Shown here: positions 36,486 through 50,628 of the stretch, in pieces | Numbering within the stretch: the stretch's first letter is position 1 | How the letters are laid out: each line of letters opens with the position of its first letter | Assembly (NCBI GenBank): GCA_043228905.1 | Contig: JBHGNT010000018.1 | Span: 7,936,001-8,000,000, forward strand | Origin: Azolla caroliniana | Taxonomy: Eukaryota; Plantae; Polypodiophyta | Reading direction: 5' to 3' | Length of the DNA stretch: 64,000 bases | Made by a program: the position numbers and the translations under genes | The notes under the pieces: model-generated | What the model was told of the DNA's origin: nothing | The model's database searches: none | What the model saw: the letters and a program-made list of their open reading frames with translations, nothing else

Positions 36486-39400
36486 TACTCCCCCTCTTTA
36501 AAATATTGCACTCTTGCAATGGAAAGTTAGGGAAGTTAGTTCTGAGAGTATTTTCGCGTTCCCATGTGGCATCTTTTATTGATTTATCCATCCATTTTAT
36601 TTTAAATTCTCGGATTTCTTTAGTACGTAATTTTTTTCTTTTAACATCGAGAATTCTTTCTCGTACATGTGGTTCAGAAGATAATTCTTCAGAAGTAACT
36701 AGAGTTTTAGTTGTAACTGTATAGTCGCTAGAACCTAGAAGTTCTTTTAGACGACTCACATGAAAAACTAGATGAATTTCAACGCCATCGGGAAGAGCGA
36801 GACGATAGGCTGATGACCCAATGCGTTTGAGGACTGTAAATGGTCCACAAAACTGTGGGGCTAACTTAGCGCACTTACCCGTAGATAATGTCTTAGAATT
36901 GTGAGGTACACGTAAAAATACCTTCTGTCCAGGGTTGAATACACGAGGTTGCCTATGATGATCGGCATAAAAACGCGCTTTATCTTGAGCTATTTTTATA
37001 TTATCTCGTGCAATAAGCAACATATCTTGCATATCCCGAAGAAAGTTTTGCGTACTTCGCAACTCATCATGATGTATATTAACATCAATCAGGGCTCATC
37101 ATCAGTGAAGCTAAGCATGTTAACTTCACAGATGCGACTTAGTGCATCAACGACAGTATTCATGGAACCTTTACGATATCGTATGGAAAAATCAAAGTCC
37201 TGGATGAGATCAGCCCATCATGCCTTACGACCTTTCAGGTCTTGTTGGTCACAAAAATATTTCAAGGACTCGTGGTCTGTAGTTACCACAAAGCGATTTC
37301 CATAAAGATAATGGCGCCATGTTTTGAGCGCATGTATAATTGCAAATAATTCCTTTTCTTGAACGGTATACCGACATTGAGCAGAATTAAGTTTCTTACT
37401 CTCGAATACTATTGGTTTACCATCTTGATATAAGATAGCACCTATAGCATAATCGCTTGCATCGGTTTCAACCTCAAAAGGTTTTGAAGGATCGGGTAAA
37501 AGAAGTGAAGGAGCCGTGCAAACCAGGTCCTTGAGTTCCTTAAAGGCGAGGTCTACTGTAGCATTCCACACAATAGGTTTTGTAGGCTTATGCATTTGAC
37601 CTTTTAGAAGATCAGTAAACGGTGTTGTCAATTGGGAATAATTACAAAGGGATTTTCGCAAAACCCCGACAAAACCAAGGAATGATCGAACTTCTCGAAT
37701 ATTCCGAAGAGTGGGCCAAAGCTTGATTTTCTCGATGCAAGAAGGATCAATTACAACTCCTCATTCGGTTATGAGATGTCCAAGATAAGTAATTGATTTC
37801 TTGAAGAACTCACATTTTGAGATCTTCGCATAAAACTGTTTGTCACGCAATGTTTGTAAAACAAAGCGGACATGTTTAGCATGTTCTTGTAATGTACGGC
37901 TATAAACTAAAATATCATCCAAGAAAATAACGAGAAATTTTTGAAGTTGTTCTCGGAAAATGTCATTCATTTCTTGTTGAAATGTAGCCGGAGCATTGGT
38001 CAAACCAAAAGGCATAACCAAAAACTCATAATGGCCATAGCACGTAAGAAATGTCGTTTTTGGAACATTGTCCTCACTTATACGAATTTGATGGTAGCCA
38101 GTACATAGATCAAGTTTCGTAAAATACCGAGCTCCCTAGAGACGGTCAATTAGATCGTCAGCCCGAGGCAATGGATACGAATTCTTGATCATCACTTTAT
38201 TCAAGCATCGGTAATTAATACACATACGCCATGTGTGTAGAATTGCTTGTCGCGCAATGTTCGTAAAACAAAGCAGACATGTTTAGCATGTTCTTCTAAT
38301 GTACGATTATAAACTAGAATATCATCCAAGAAAATAACGAGAAATTTTTGAAGTTGTTCTCGGAAAATGTCATTCATTTCTTGTTGAAATGTGGCCGGAG
38401 CATTGGTCAAACCAAAAGGCATAACCAAAAACTCATAATGGCCATAGTGCGTACAAAATGTTGTTTTACGAACATCTTCCTCACTTATAGGAATTTGATG
38501 GTAGCCCATATGGAGATCAAGTTTCGAAAATACCGAGCTCCCTAGACACGGTCAATTACATCGTCAGCCCGGGGCAATGGATACGAATTCTTGATCATCA
38601 CTTTATTCAAGCATCGGTAATTAATACACATACGCCATGTGCCCTCTTTCTTTTTAACCAAGAGAATTGGTGCACCCGATGGAGATTTACTATAACGTAT
38701 ATAACACATTCGTAAATAGTCCTTGAGTTGCTTAGATACCTCATCCTCTTTCGATCGACTTAAGCGATAAGGAGGTATACTTATTGGTGCAACACTAGGT
38801 ACAATATCTATACGATGGTCTATATTACGTTTAGGAGGTAAGCCATCTGGTAGTTCACTCGGAAAAACATCACGAAAATCATTTAAGATTTCATCAAGTT
38901 GTTGTTGTTCAAAATATGTTAATTGAACCGAGATATTATCGATATTGTAAACATGAATGTCCGGATTAAGTACACAATAAAATAGAGTCGAACAAGACAA
39001 CTCGGATATTGATGAACACAAGGAAACAATCGAGAGGGATTGTTTTTGGACACATTGAATAAAATGAGTATAGTCGTTCAGTACAAATGTAATTGAATGA
39101 TGAACCCAATCAATAGATAAAGAAGAGCTTTTATTATAGAACCAAGGATACCCAGTATTACATTGGTGGTACAAAGATTCATTACATGGAAGTCTACCTC
39201 CTCTATATAAGTATCAATAGAAATTCCTAATGAATGAATCACCCCGTTGATGTATTGTACTCTTCCATCAGCCATGTGCATTGTGTAGGTGTGATCACTT
39301 ATGGTGGGTTGGATTCCCCATATTTGAACCAAACGATCATTGACAAAGTTGTGTGAGATTCCCTAATCAAATAAAAATTGTACGGGTGATCCATTGATAT

Positions 39401-41610
39401 ACTCGTTTGCACGTAGTAAATCATTGGGACCCAATACATAGTGAGGGAAAGAACATTGGCAATTACTTAAATGATGTATATAGACCTGAAGGACATTAGG
39501 AATTTGACCTTTATGGTCTATAGCTTTAGCTTTGTTGTCATGCTCTTTCCGTTGGAGCTTTCGACATTGCTGTTTTGTATGACCCTTCTTTTTGTAGAAT
39601 ACACAAAAAGGATGTTGTCGCTTACAATCGCGATCCATGAACTCGTTGGGTGTCTTGTGTTTCCCAACGAATTGCGACTACTTAGTCCCAGGCGCTTCGT
39701 TGGGTTTGTTGTGGTCCTTCTTCGAAGTGCGTTGATTGCGAAGAACTATTTCAACGGCCTCTTTGAAGGATTTTGGATCCTTATTGTGCACTATCCAGTG
39801 ATAGTCCGAATTGGGGATGCCATTGACAAAACAAGCTACTAACCAATTGTCCCCATCTAGACCCGATTTTTGGATTTGGGTTCTAGCATGGTGGACATAG
39901 TCTTCTAGCGAGGAATAGTTCCTGCTCGAGAGGTTCATTAAAGCTTGTGCTACCTCGGATCGAGAGGGAGGTTGCAGAAATTGGCCCTTGAAAACTATGA
40001 TAAAATCTGTCTAGGTATTGGGCAATTTCCTCAAAGTACGGAGCCCACGCCACCAGGCAGTGGCCTTACCCCTAGTTCTTGGCCGACATATGCAATCTTC
40101 GTACTATCTGGTGTGGGATAGAGCTCAAAATGAGACTCCCATCGGCCCAGCCACGTGCAGATTGCTTCTTCGGTTCTTTCCTTTTTGTCTCCCATAAATG
40201 GCTTAACGACAAACGATGATTCACCCTGTCGCTCATCAGGTCTATTACTCTCACGTTGTAGACTAATGACACGTGCCTCGAGAGCACTTTGAGATTGCTG
40301 AAGTTCGGTCATCTGTTGAGCCGTGAAACTAAGATATTGGGACATTTGTCCAGGAGGATTCCCTTGAGTTCCTTCCGCTTGAGAGGATAACATCGGGTCG
40401 TTATTTTGAGCCATTAAATGATTATTTCTGGAAAAGAAATAGGATAAGGTCAGAGAGATAGTCATAACATCATGTTGTGATGTAAAAATATCATGGGCAA
40501 ACATTAATCGATATCATGATCTCACGTCAATACCCCTCTAGACGTATGAGATGAGGTTCAAGATGAGGTTACTATGGTAACACAAAGGTGTTTTAAAAAC
40601 CATGGTGGTGACAAATGAATGTCTTTCCCTGATCTCTATATCGATTTTATATGGCGGCTCCCCGAGGCTCAACCATGTATGTCCGCGTCATGAGTAGTTT
40701 ATACACGAAAAAAATGTTAACAATAAACTATGTTTCGGTGCCCACATATGTGCCCACATATGTGGTTTCGGCTCTTTAAGTCCTATTATGGGGACCCTGA
40801 AGTGCACTTAGACCTTAATTCTAAACATGTGTTATAGTCATATGTATCAACAATGTTGTATGGTCTTGGTTATATTTGAACTCGAGACCTCAAGAACAAA
40901 TGCATTAAACACTTGAGCCAACCAAGTAGGTTGCTCTTCTTGAATGTTTAATGTTTCATGCGTATAAGAGATATGCAAGGCATTTGCCCATATATGTTTT
41001 TATAAAAGAAACATATATGTCAAGAGTCCTTATTTCGCCCTCATTTACTACAACTATGTTGGTACGTTACCTAACCTCAAGTCTCGTAATTATGATGGCA
41101 TACGCCAAAGTGCAACCTAATGGTCAAGCCAAATGAGCCCTCTTCTCGTAGTAGGCCCACGTGGCCCATCACATGGTCATGTCATTACGAATGCCTCTCG
41201 TAAGAATGATCTCATGGTGGCATCGTATCCATGTAATGAGGGAGGGATGTTGAATACGTGTGTCATAGGAGCGACCTCACATGAAGTGGGTCAAGCCCTA
41301 CGTACTCAACATCATTATGGCTATAAGCGTTTCTTTACGTAACGAAATATCGAAGTCACCAACGGGGATTTCAACAATAAAAAATTGTTGAAAAAAGGGA
41401 TGGTGATAACGCTATTCTCACAAAAATGTGAGGACGGCCACCAAGATCCTTTCCCCGAAAAGGAAAACATTCGATTTAAAATCATGTAATAACTTATATA
41501 CACATATGTATATTATCACATATATACGATCAACTACGTATACACGTGACCACATATGCCTATATTAAAGAAATCATTATATTTAATAGCAAAAAATGAC
41601 GTAATCGAGA

Positions 41611-41872
41611 TACGTAATCGAGGCATATACCTCTATGCACACGAGACATCCCAAAAATAAGGGTTAATCGTAATACGCAATTGAGGTATTGACCTCTTAC
41701 GCATACGAAACCAAATGCATATCATTTACAACGAATCGAGGTATTAACCTCATACGCAAACGTAACATATGTTTGTGAACGTAGTACGCAATTAAGGTAT
41801 TAACCTCCTCGCATACGACACTCATCACATACTCAATATACGTCAAATGAGGTATTGACCTCATACACATAT
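41611..41872. repeat. Five spaced palindromic repeats (GAGGTATTAACCTC core) in the chromovirus 5' leader
   Basis: Cores at 41620, 41683, 41738, 41794 and 41849, separated by dissimilar spacers. Confidence 0.75.
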
Positions 41873-42103
41873 GTAAACGTTTTATATAACCAAGTAATTA
41901 CCACTACAACATCATTGAATCTATAAAAAAGAAAATACATATTAACCATACACATGATTAAATTGGGAGAAGAAAATAGATTACCGAAGTTCCTTTGTTG
42001 ATCCTTGTCTGCATGAAGGCCGAACACACGTAGATCGATCGCCATCAATCAAGAACACAAAACACAACAAAAGAAACATTAGAAAATGAGCTCTGATACC
42101 AAC

Positions 42104-42558
42104 TATTAGAGACGTAGACTAATGTAAGCATCAGATAAGGATAGAATATAGATCTAGATAGAAAGGAGAGAGAGAAAGAAGGGTGCCGATCCACCCGACC
42201 ACCCCCGAGCGAAGGGATCGAGACAGACTCAAGCCTCGATCGGCGTCCCATACCACCGTCGTGGCGTCGAGTCATACCTGGTGCTGGCGCGCTCGCTACA
42301 AGAGTTGACCCACCACAAGACAAAGTCTCGACGTAGTCAACAAGATAATCAAATGAGGGTAGCGAGGCCTCTTATTTATAGCGATCCCCAAGGCCCCCAG
42401 CCATGTTCACACTTGGCCCAATGGGTGTTCTCAATCCCAAGGATTAAAAGTAATCCTCCCCTTCTTTACACTCTCGTTTAACCCTCACACTTATCCACGT
42501 GTATAGAATACTACGGTAAATTCTCACCACAGGATATTATATGGTCATGCCCGTAACA
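42104..42558 (-). repeat. Chromovirus 5' LTR
   Basis: Adjacent to the PBS gctctgatacca. Confidence 0.92.
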
Positions 42559-43472
42559 CAATGCCTCTCCTTTCGGTAATCCACATCAGAACCTGCATAA
42601 AACACCAAACATACATTATCAGCAACATTACAACTACGGCTTCCCTCAACAACCTACAACGCGGTCGCCACTACCGCCACCACTGTCTATGCCACTCCCA
42701 CAACATACGCCGCTTATGACACACAATAATTTCCCCTCTGTACACATACCCCATTATGCACATGAGTATGGATATGTCTCTGACAACCATCTCATACCCG
42801 AATGTATATTCCCCACCCCCATTATTTCACCGAACGTTCTGTCGGGGACTGCACACGGCAGCCGACAGACGTCCATGCTACCTCTCCTTCCATCTCCCCC
42901 TATTGTAACAGGGTTTCAAAACCCTAATTCCCATATCTTCCCCCCTCACAGTTAAACTCACGCTCTCTCTAATCAGGCATTCTCACAAACTATACCCCCC
43001 TTACACTCTCTCCCCCCGTTTACAGATACCCCCTCTTTCGTTTCTTCAAATTACACATATACCCCTCCACCTATTTGCACTAATTTTTCGTATACCACTC
43101 CCCCGCATTTTACTCATACCCTCCCCCCTAACTTACCCAATTCACCTAATACCCTTCCCCCTACTTCCTCTATTATCCCTCCCCCATATTTCTCTAATTC
43201 CTCTATTAACCCTCCCCCTTCTTTCTTAATACATAATACCTTCCCCCCTCCAAAAATTAATACCACACCCTATCCTTTTAATAATGTTAACACTATCCCT
43301 CCCCCTCCAAAAAATATTACTACATCATATCCCCACATAAATCATAGGCCTCATAATAGACACCATAATACACAAAATCATTCACATATCCCCTCTTCAA
43401 ACCCTCCCATAGCCCGACCAAATAACGTCTAACACGACGTGCTAAACGTGTGAATAGACACTTTAGACACGT
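42559..43472 (+). pseudogene. PLE-A ORF1 Pro/His/Asn-rich C-terminal part and start of the RT frame
   Basis: Continues across the Gypsy TSD; same C-rich, G-poor sense-strand composition as the other pieces. Confidence 0.65.
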
Positions 43473-44175
43473 TGTCGTGCCTTTCGGCTCCAGATCGTTA
43501 CGTGAGTCGGGTGGGAACCGCCGAGGTTTTTGACTAGGAGGAAGAGGAATACAACTTAAGGCTAGTTATGAATAGTGGAAAGAGAAGTAAGATAGCAATC
43601 TCGTGAATCCCACGAGTTTAGTGTATTAAAACAATACTTAGATTATAAGAGTAATTTTGATGGCAAAATTCGTGAATCCCACGAATATATTAGATTGATC
43701 AACCCTTGTATATTAATCAACAACCTTATACATATTTCTCTCCTCCTTATATAAAGATGGAAGAGGCTAAGCATGGCTTCATGCTTTTTCACCAAAAATG
43801 TCCATGCACACTAAATGTGCATGTGATGCTTTGTCATTTCCTAAGTATAGGGCTCATGCACGCTAGATGTGCATGAGTCACTTTTAATGTCACGTGTAAA
43901 TAAAATATTCACACCCTAAAGAATACATGATTTTTACCTTTTAATAAAGGTATGTGTAAATAAAGGTCTTATACGTATTAAATCTATATATATAACACTA
44001 AAGATAAGTTATTACAATGGTAAAGTTGAGGTTTATTTACGTGGAGGTGTAGGGTTCAAATCTTACCCTATGCACGTGATAAATGTTTTGATATATTATT
44101 TATTTATTTATATGTATCTAAAATCGTATATATTATTTTATGGTTTTCACGTAGTGTGTGGAATACACTACGACA
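43473..44175 (-). repeat. Gypsy 3' LTR
   Basis: Direct repeat of 49194-49890 and 53674-54370. Confidence 0.93.
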
Positions 44176-47100
44176 CTCGCCCCCTCCGAACCCGCACATC
44201 CTCCGGTATGTGCCGAAGTTCTCGATTCCTCATATCCGTCTTCACCCAAAGCTTCCTCCGATTCTCCCCTTATGTCGACTATGAGTTGTAATTCACTTTC
44301 TTCGCTTCCCGCATCACCGTGGTCTTCGTCTGATTGCTCCTCGTTGTCGGCCTTGGCTTGGATCACATAGGGTTTGTCGTCAGTCCGCTTCTTGAAAATC
44401 TTCACCCGCTTCCCGGCTATAGGCACTCGTAGTATTGTTCCATCCAACTCGGACAGTCGGTACGTTCCGTTGTCGAAGACTTTCCGAACCTCGTATGGCC
44501 CGAACCACCTTTTCGCGAATTTCCGCATCGTTGTATGTTGATGGTCCAAACTACTGTCATAGACGATCACCCAATCTCCTTCTTCAATCCTCCTCGGTCA
44601 TAGTCGGTGCTTTGTGTTGAACCGGTTTTTGTTCCGGAATCGTGCTTCTTGTTGTCGGCGTATTGCTTCCGCTATGTCTGCCGGTCTTCCCTCTAGTTGT
44701 CGTATCCGGACCGCTAGTAGTTCTTCCCGGCTCATCTCTTCCTTCCACGGTAGCACTGTCCATGTTGCGATCGCAGTTTCTGTCGGCATTACCGGTGCTT
44801 GTCCAGTCATGAGTTCTGCCGGCATGTAGCCGGTTACGGAGCTATGCGTCGTCCGATCCGCCCATAGTGCATACGGAAGCATCTCGGCTAGTCCTTCACC
44901 TTTCCATCGCATGCCTTCGCAAGTGCTTTCACGATCGGACTATGTCCTCGTTCGATTTTCCCATTGGCCTCCGGATTGTATGCCGTTGTCAGCGATAACC
45001 GAACTCCGTGTTTGGTGAAGAATCCCCTAGCTTTGTCCGAGTCGAGTTCTCCCTGGTCCGCAATCACTTGTCCTACGCACCCGTACTTGCAAAATACTTC
45101 CTCCAAAAGAAATTGGCATACCGCGGAACACGTTTTCCTCTGAAGCGCTCGACCTTCTACTTGATTCGTGAGATCTTCCCGAGCTAATACCAAGTATTTC
45201 TTTTTTCCAATCCCAGTCGGCATGGCCACTATGTCGACCATCCACTTGAAGTTGATTGTCAGTGAGAATGTCAGATGTAACTTATCTCGATGTCGAACCC
45301 CGGAGTAGACTTGACATTTCTCGCAGCTTTCCGTGAACTCCGCGACATCTTTGTACATTTTCTTCCACCAATATTTTTGCGTGATCTTCCCAAATGTTGC
45401 CCATGTTCCTCGGTGTCCAGCCCAATCGGATTTGTGAAACTCGGACATTATCCGGTTTCGTTTCTCTTTTGTCCCGACTACTCGAAGTGGTATACCATCC
45501 GGTCTTTTCGGTGCCCTCCATATTAATCCGTTTTCCAAGAAGAACTTTTGGACTTGCCTCTTCTTCCTTTGGATCTCGGCTCTTCTTCCTTTATCGTTTG
45601 TTGAATCCTCGGCCTCTTGTAACATCTTTCCGATCATCAAGCTTTCTCCCTCGTATTCTTCTTCCCGGAATTCTCGGATTACGTTCACTCGGCATATGTG
45701 CTCCGACGCGAAGTAGTCTTCGGAAACTTCTTCATCATCCGATTCGGTTATGTCGTCTCCGAACCGAGCCCTTGAAAACATATCCGCTACCGCGTTGTCC
45801 TTCCCCGAGATGTGTCGAACCTCCGGATTAAGCGACTTGACATATGCAACCCACCTTAGCATAGCTACATCCGGTATCGTACAAAACCGCATCATCGCGA
45901 GTATCGGAAGACAATCCATCTCGATCACCACTTCAGCTCCGATCAAATAATCCCGATCCGATTTTATCGCCGACATGACTCCCCACAGTTCTCTTGACTT
46001 GTGCATATCCACGTTGCCTTTCGTTGAGAACCTTTGCTCCGAATCGGATCGGATACCGCGAACCATGCAAGTCGGCTTGATTGATGACCCACCCGATACC
46101 GGTTGGACTTGTATCAACCGTTACTATGATCAGTCGGTCGTAGCTCGGCTTCTTAAGTGCTTCCGCCCTCCGAAGTGTCTTCTTCAATTTCTTCATGGCT
46201 TTGGTGTGTTCCGGTTTCCATTCGAATTTCTTACCTTTCCGCAACAAGTGGTAGAGCGGGTCCGCTATATGTGCATAGTGCAGAATCCATATGTGATAGA
46301 ATGCACATGCACCGAGAAACCTTTGGACTTCGGATGTTGACTCGCATACTTCCTCCATAGTTTAAATCGCATCAATCTTTGTTGCTGACGGTCTTCGGCC
46401 GTAGGGCCCACATAGATGTCCGACCACCAATATTTCTTCTTGCCCGAATGCCGATTTCTCCCCGGAAAGTGTTAGGTGCACATCTTCTAGCTTTCGCAAC
46501 ACTTTCTCGCAATCATGAATATGGTCGACCACGAACTTTCAGCATCCCCGATCATCCATAGTCTCATCTTTTTCTTCTACCGCGCATCCTTTCATCGGAA
46601 TGTCATCGAGGAACGGCATCGTTATCTCCGGAATGCAGTCTCGAAGCACGTTGATCATCGCGTTCATCATATGAGCAACCGAGTTTGTCACTCCTTGTGG
46701 TAGTGTGCACATTCGGACTAATCCTATCGGCGTTTGTATGGTTGTGATGTCTCGGCTCTCCACGGCTAGTTGCAATTGGTCATACCCCGAGTATAGGTCT
46801 CCGATGGAGTATATCGCACGACCGGCAAAAGCTTCCGCAAATTGTTCCGGATCGTGACCTTATTCACCTGTTGCAAGTCTTGGATAAATCGGAGTGACCC
46901 ATTCTTCTTCGGAACCGTAAACCATCGATTTGAGTATGGAGCATTTGATGGCTCTAGAATCCCCATCGCCACCTTCTCCTTGAGCAAGTCAATGACTTTC
47001 GGGATATGCGCTCGTGGCACCGGAATCGGCTTCAGGTTCCACGGTACATGGTCAATCGTGAAGATCACCATCGGCTCCACTATTCTCGGATCGACGCACC

Positions 47101-49193
47101 CTATCTCCCTTGATGTAAATGCAAACGCTTTGCCGTGTTGCTCCAACATCTCGCGAAACCGTTCTTCTTCTTTATGTAATAGGAACCCACCTCCACCGAT
47201 TCGAAGTTTCTTCCGGGTCTCATCCGTGAAGGCATGTCTGATATCCACGGACTTCCGAAGTGTCGGATCTCCCGAGACTTCTTTCCTCTTTTGTTCGCTA
47301 TCGGCGGGTAGTGGTCCCGCGACCGGTTTCACCTTCTTCTCCACGGTCTTGTATTTCGTACTTACCATTGCTTCTTCTTTGCGGAGCGTATCCGGCTCCA
47401 TTTTTGCAATGATCTCGTACATCTTGACCGATTCCACCGGGACTACCCCGTTCCCTTGGCTTTTATCTTCCGCAAGCTCTTCAAGTCGTTGTAGCGTGCT
47501 CCCATAGAACACTTCTTCGACTATCCCCACAATTTCTTCATCTTCTTTTATTATTGATGCCGACCGCAACTTATCCTCCACTTGTCGGTATCCTTTCTTC
47601 AATCCTCCGGTTACGGTCGTGTACGTAGATGCCCCATCCAGACCGATTCGTACATGTTTTGCTCCGAGAGTTTTCTTCCTGTGTGGGGTATCAGGCTTCT
47701 CGGACTATCACCTCCTTATTTGCTATTCCGAGTAGCTCCCGAAGCGAGAAATCTACCCGGCTATCCAAGATTATTTCCTCGAACACTCTTTTCAAGTCAG
47801 TTTGTTGTTCTATGTCCGAGGCGAGCTTGAATGCCGGAGTCGCCTTTTCTTTTCCCTTACCTCCGGAGTTCCATCTTTCCGGTATCTTCAATGGTCCGGC
47901 CGCATCCTCCATGCGTCGTCGTTTCTCGTCCACATACACCTCATGCAATTGACACAGGGCGTATACGCTATTCTTGTCGACAGGGCACTCCCATCCCGTA
48001 GCTTCCTGGATGCCTTCCGCGGTGCTTCGGATCTCGTTGGAGTCGGTTTTCTCGGTGTTTTCTAGAACTTCCGGCCAAAAAGACGTCTTTGCGCTTGATG
48101 ACTCCCCGACACATGTTCCCGCGGTTGTCGCATAGTTGCTTCTTGCCGCCAATTCCTCCTCGAGCACCTTCTTCATGCCGCCTTTCCGGAAGTTCGGTCG
48201 GAGTGGCTTCCGAGTGTCCATCGAATGAATCCGGTTTCCCTCGTAGTAGATGAGATCCCGCCGTAACGCCTCCTTATGCTCGTCGCAATCCCTCCGATCG
48301 TGTTCGGCGCTATCGCACCATATGCACCGTCGGTCCGTATACTTGGAGCTTGTGGGGAGGTCATCCGACTTCTTCACCATCGCGATCTTCAGATTCTCCA
48401 TCTCCTTCAATAGTTGCTCCACCGTAGATGCATCAATCCCCTTCTCGGTTGTAGTCTCCCGAGCCCTCGGTTGATGGTCTTCCAATCTGGTTCTCGGTTT
48501 CGGAATCGGTTCCGAAACCCTCTTTTCCTCGTTGGCAAGCCATTGCCTCCTCTTCGTGTATCGCGCGACGATATCCCGCACGCTTTCCCATGTTTCGGTG
48601 AGGCCACTCTTCGTGGTCGTGTCCTCCAAGAGCACTCCGAGATCTTTCCAGTCCCGGATGTCCACGGCTCGCAAGAACATGATCACCTTGTCCGGTACGA
48701 GGATAGCTTGATCTCTGGCGGACAACCTCCCGAACCGGCTTTCGAATGCCGAAAACACATCAAAGACCTTCAATCCCTTGTCCGGCGTCTCCACCCAATC
48801 TTCAAATCCCCTTCGCGTCGCCTTGGAGGAATCCTCGATGGCGAACGTCCTCTTTAGCTCTTCTTCAAACGCCTCCCATGTCGGATTTTGCTGTCGTAGC
48901 CCCTGGATGCTTGCTTGAAGCCCGTCGGTCGCCACCCGGTTGAAGGACTTCACTTGCAGTCCTTCCGATATTCCGCACCGTAGCATCTCCGCCTTGTATT
49001 CCCGAAGATACCGCGACACGTCTTTCCCGTTCAATTGCCCGTTTCGTTGCATGAGCCGCTCCACTGATGCCGCTATCTCCGACATCGCGCGTTGTTCTTG
49101 TAGCATGCGCTCGAACATCATCATCATGTTGCTAGCCTCCGGTTGATTTTCCATCTCCTTGCCACCCGGTCTTTACGTCGGGTTCACTAACTG

Positions 49194-49890
49194 TGTCGTG
49201 CCTTTTGGCTCCAGATCGTTACGTAAGTCGGGTGGGAACCGCCGAGGTTTTTGACTAGGAGGAAGAGGAATACAACTTAAGGCTAGTTATGAATAGTGGA
49301 AAGAGAAGTAAGATAGCAATCTCGTGAATCCCACGAGTTTAGTGTATTAAAACAATACTTAGATTATAAGAGTAATTTTGATGGCAAAATTCGTGAATCC
49401 CATGAATATATTAGATTGATCAACCCTTGTAAATTAATCAACAACCTTATGCATATTTCTCTCCTCCTTATATAAAGATGGAAGAGGCTAAGCATGGCTT
49501 CATAATTTTTCACCAAAAATGTCCATGCACACTAAATGTGCATGTGATGCTTTGTCATTTCCTAAGTATAGGGCTCATGCACGCCAGATGTGCATGAGTC
49601 ACTTTTAATGTCACGTGTAAATAAAATATTCACACCCTAAAGAATACATGATTTTTACCTTTTAATAAAGGTATGTGTAAATAAAGGTCTTATACGTATT
49701 AAATCTATAACACTAAAGATAAGTTATTACAATGGTAAAGTTGAGGTTCCTCTATGTGGAGGTGTAGGGTTCGAATCTTGCCCTATGCACGTGATAAATG
49801 TTTTGATATATTATTTATTTATTTATATGTATCTAAAATCGGATATATTATTTTATGGTTTTCACGTAGTGTGTGGAATACACTACGACA
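49194..49890 (-). repeat. Gypsy 5' LTR
   Basis: TG...CA ends; adjacent to the PBS. Confidence 0.93.
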
Positions 49891-50628
49891 ACGCCATACA
49901 TCCTAGAAAACGAATCTTCTACCTTCTCAATAGACAAACCTCAACCCCCGACACATTTATGTGGTTGGGGAATACTAATAATAAAAAATTCATGTTTTAC
50001 CATACCTCTAAGAAAACCCACAGGAATAGACCTAAGACTAAATTTTGGAAACCTTTAGCTTATACCCCTCGTACTAGCTTTAGTCTACATAACTTGTCCA
50101 CTTACACACTTAGTAAAAACGAAACACAACTATTAAACTTAGGACTACAATATGTCCCCCCTTCCCCCCCACCCTTCCCTCAAAACATCCTTAAAGAATA
50201 TACCAACCTTAGTAGATCACTATGCCTTAGACACTTGTTTAGAAATAGTGATACAACCCCACCTAATCCCTTTAAATTACCTAACCCCAGTTGGAACCCT
50301 CCATCTAAATACCTTCCCTTAGAAACCCTTATTGAAAAATACAATAGTATCCTACAAGAACAACTATTAAACACTAAAATTAAGTATGCTAAACCCTCAT
50401 ACCACCTTCTCTTAGCCCTCAATAGCCTTAAGAGAAATACTAAAATCCTTATCTTACCCGTCGATAAAAATATAGGAATTTGTGTCTTAGATAGAGACCT
50501 ATATTATACTAAAGCTATAACCCATCTCTCAGATACCACCACTTACAAACTAGTGACCCACTTTCCGTTAGAAGAACTCTTAGATCGATTAAATACTATA
50601 GTTAGAAATAATCTAGGAACCCTCTCTA
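49891..50628 (+). pseudogene. PLE-A RT N-terminal region (duplicated copy)
   Basis: LHNLSTYTLSKNETQLLNLGL ... ILPVDKNIGICVLD. Confidence 0.85.

Larger units (their letters stand above)
36032..42558 (-). mobile_element. Ty3/Gypsy chromovirus, two LTRs, decayed and internally deleted
   Basis: LTRs at 36032-36485 and 42104-42558, PBS-Met at 42090-42101, PPT, TSD tgatg/caatg (consistent with deaminated cgatg). gag-PR-RT (FLDD)-RH present, IN core missing, chromodomain ILDVK...KIKW...ATWE. Confidence 0.93.
43473..49890 (-). mobile_element. Non-chromovirus Ty3/Gypsy element with a tRNA-Trp PBS, decayed
   Basis: LTRs at 43473-44175 and 49194-49890 (TGTCGT...ACGACA), PPT ggagggggcgag, flanks acgt/acgc. 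gag CxxC knuckle, RT FLDD, RH, IN with GPY motif; protease region deleted. Confidence 0.93.
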
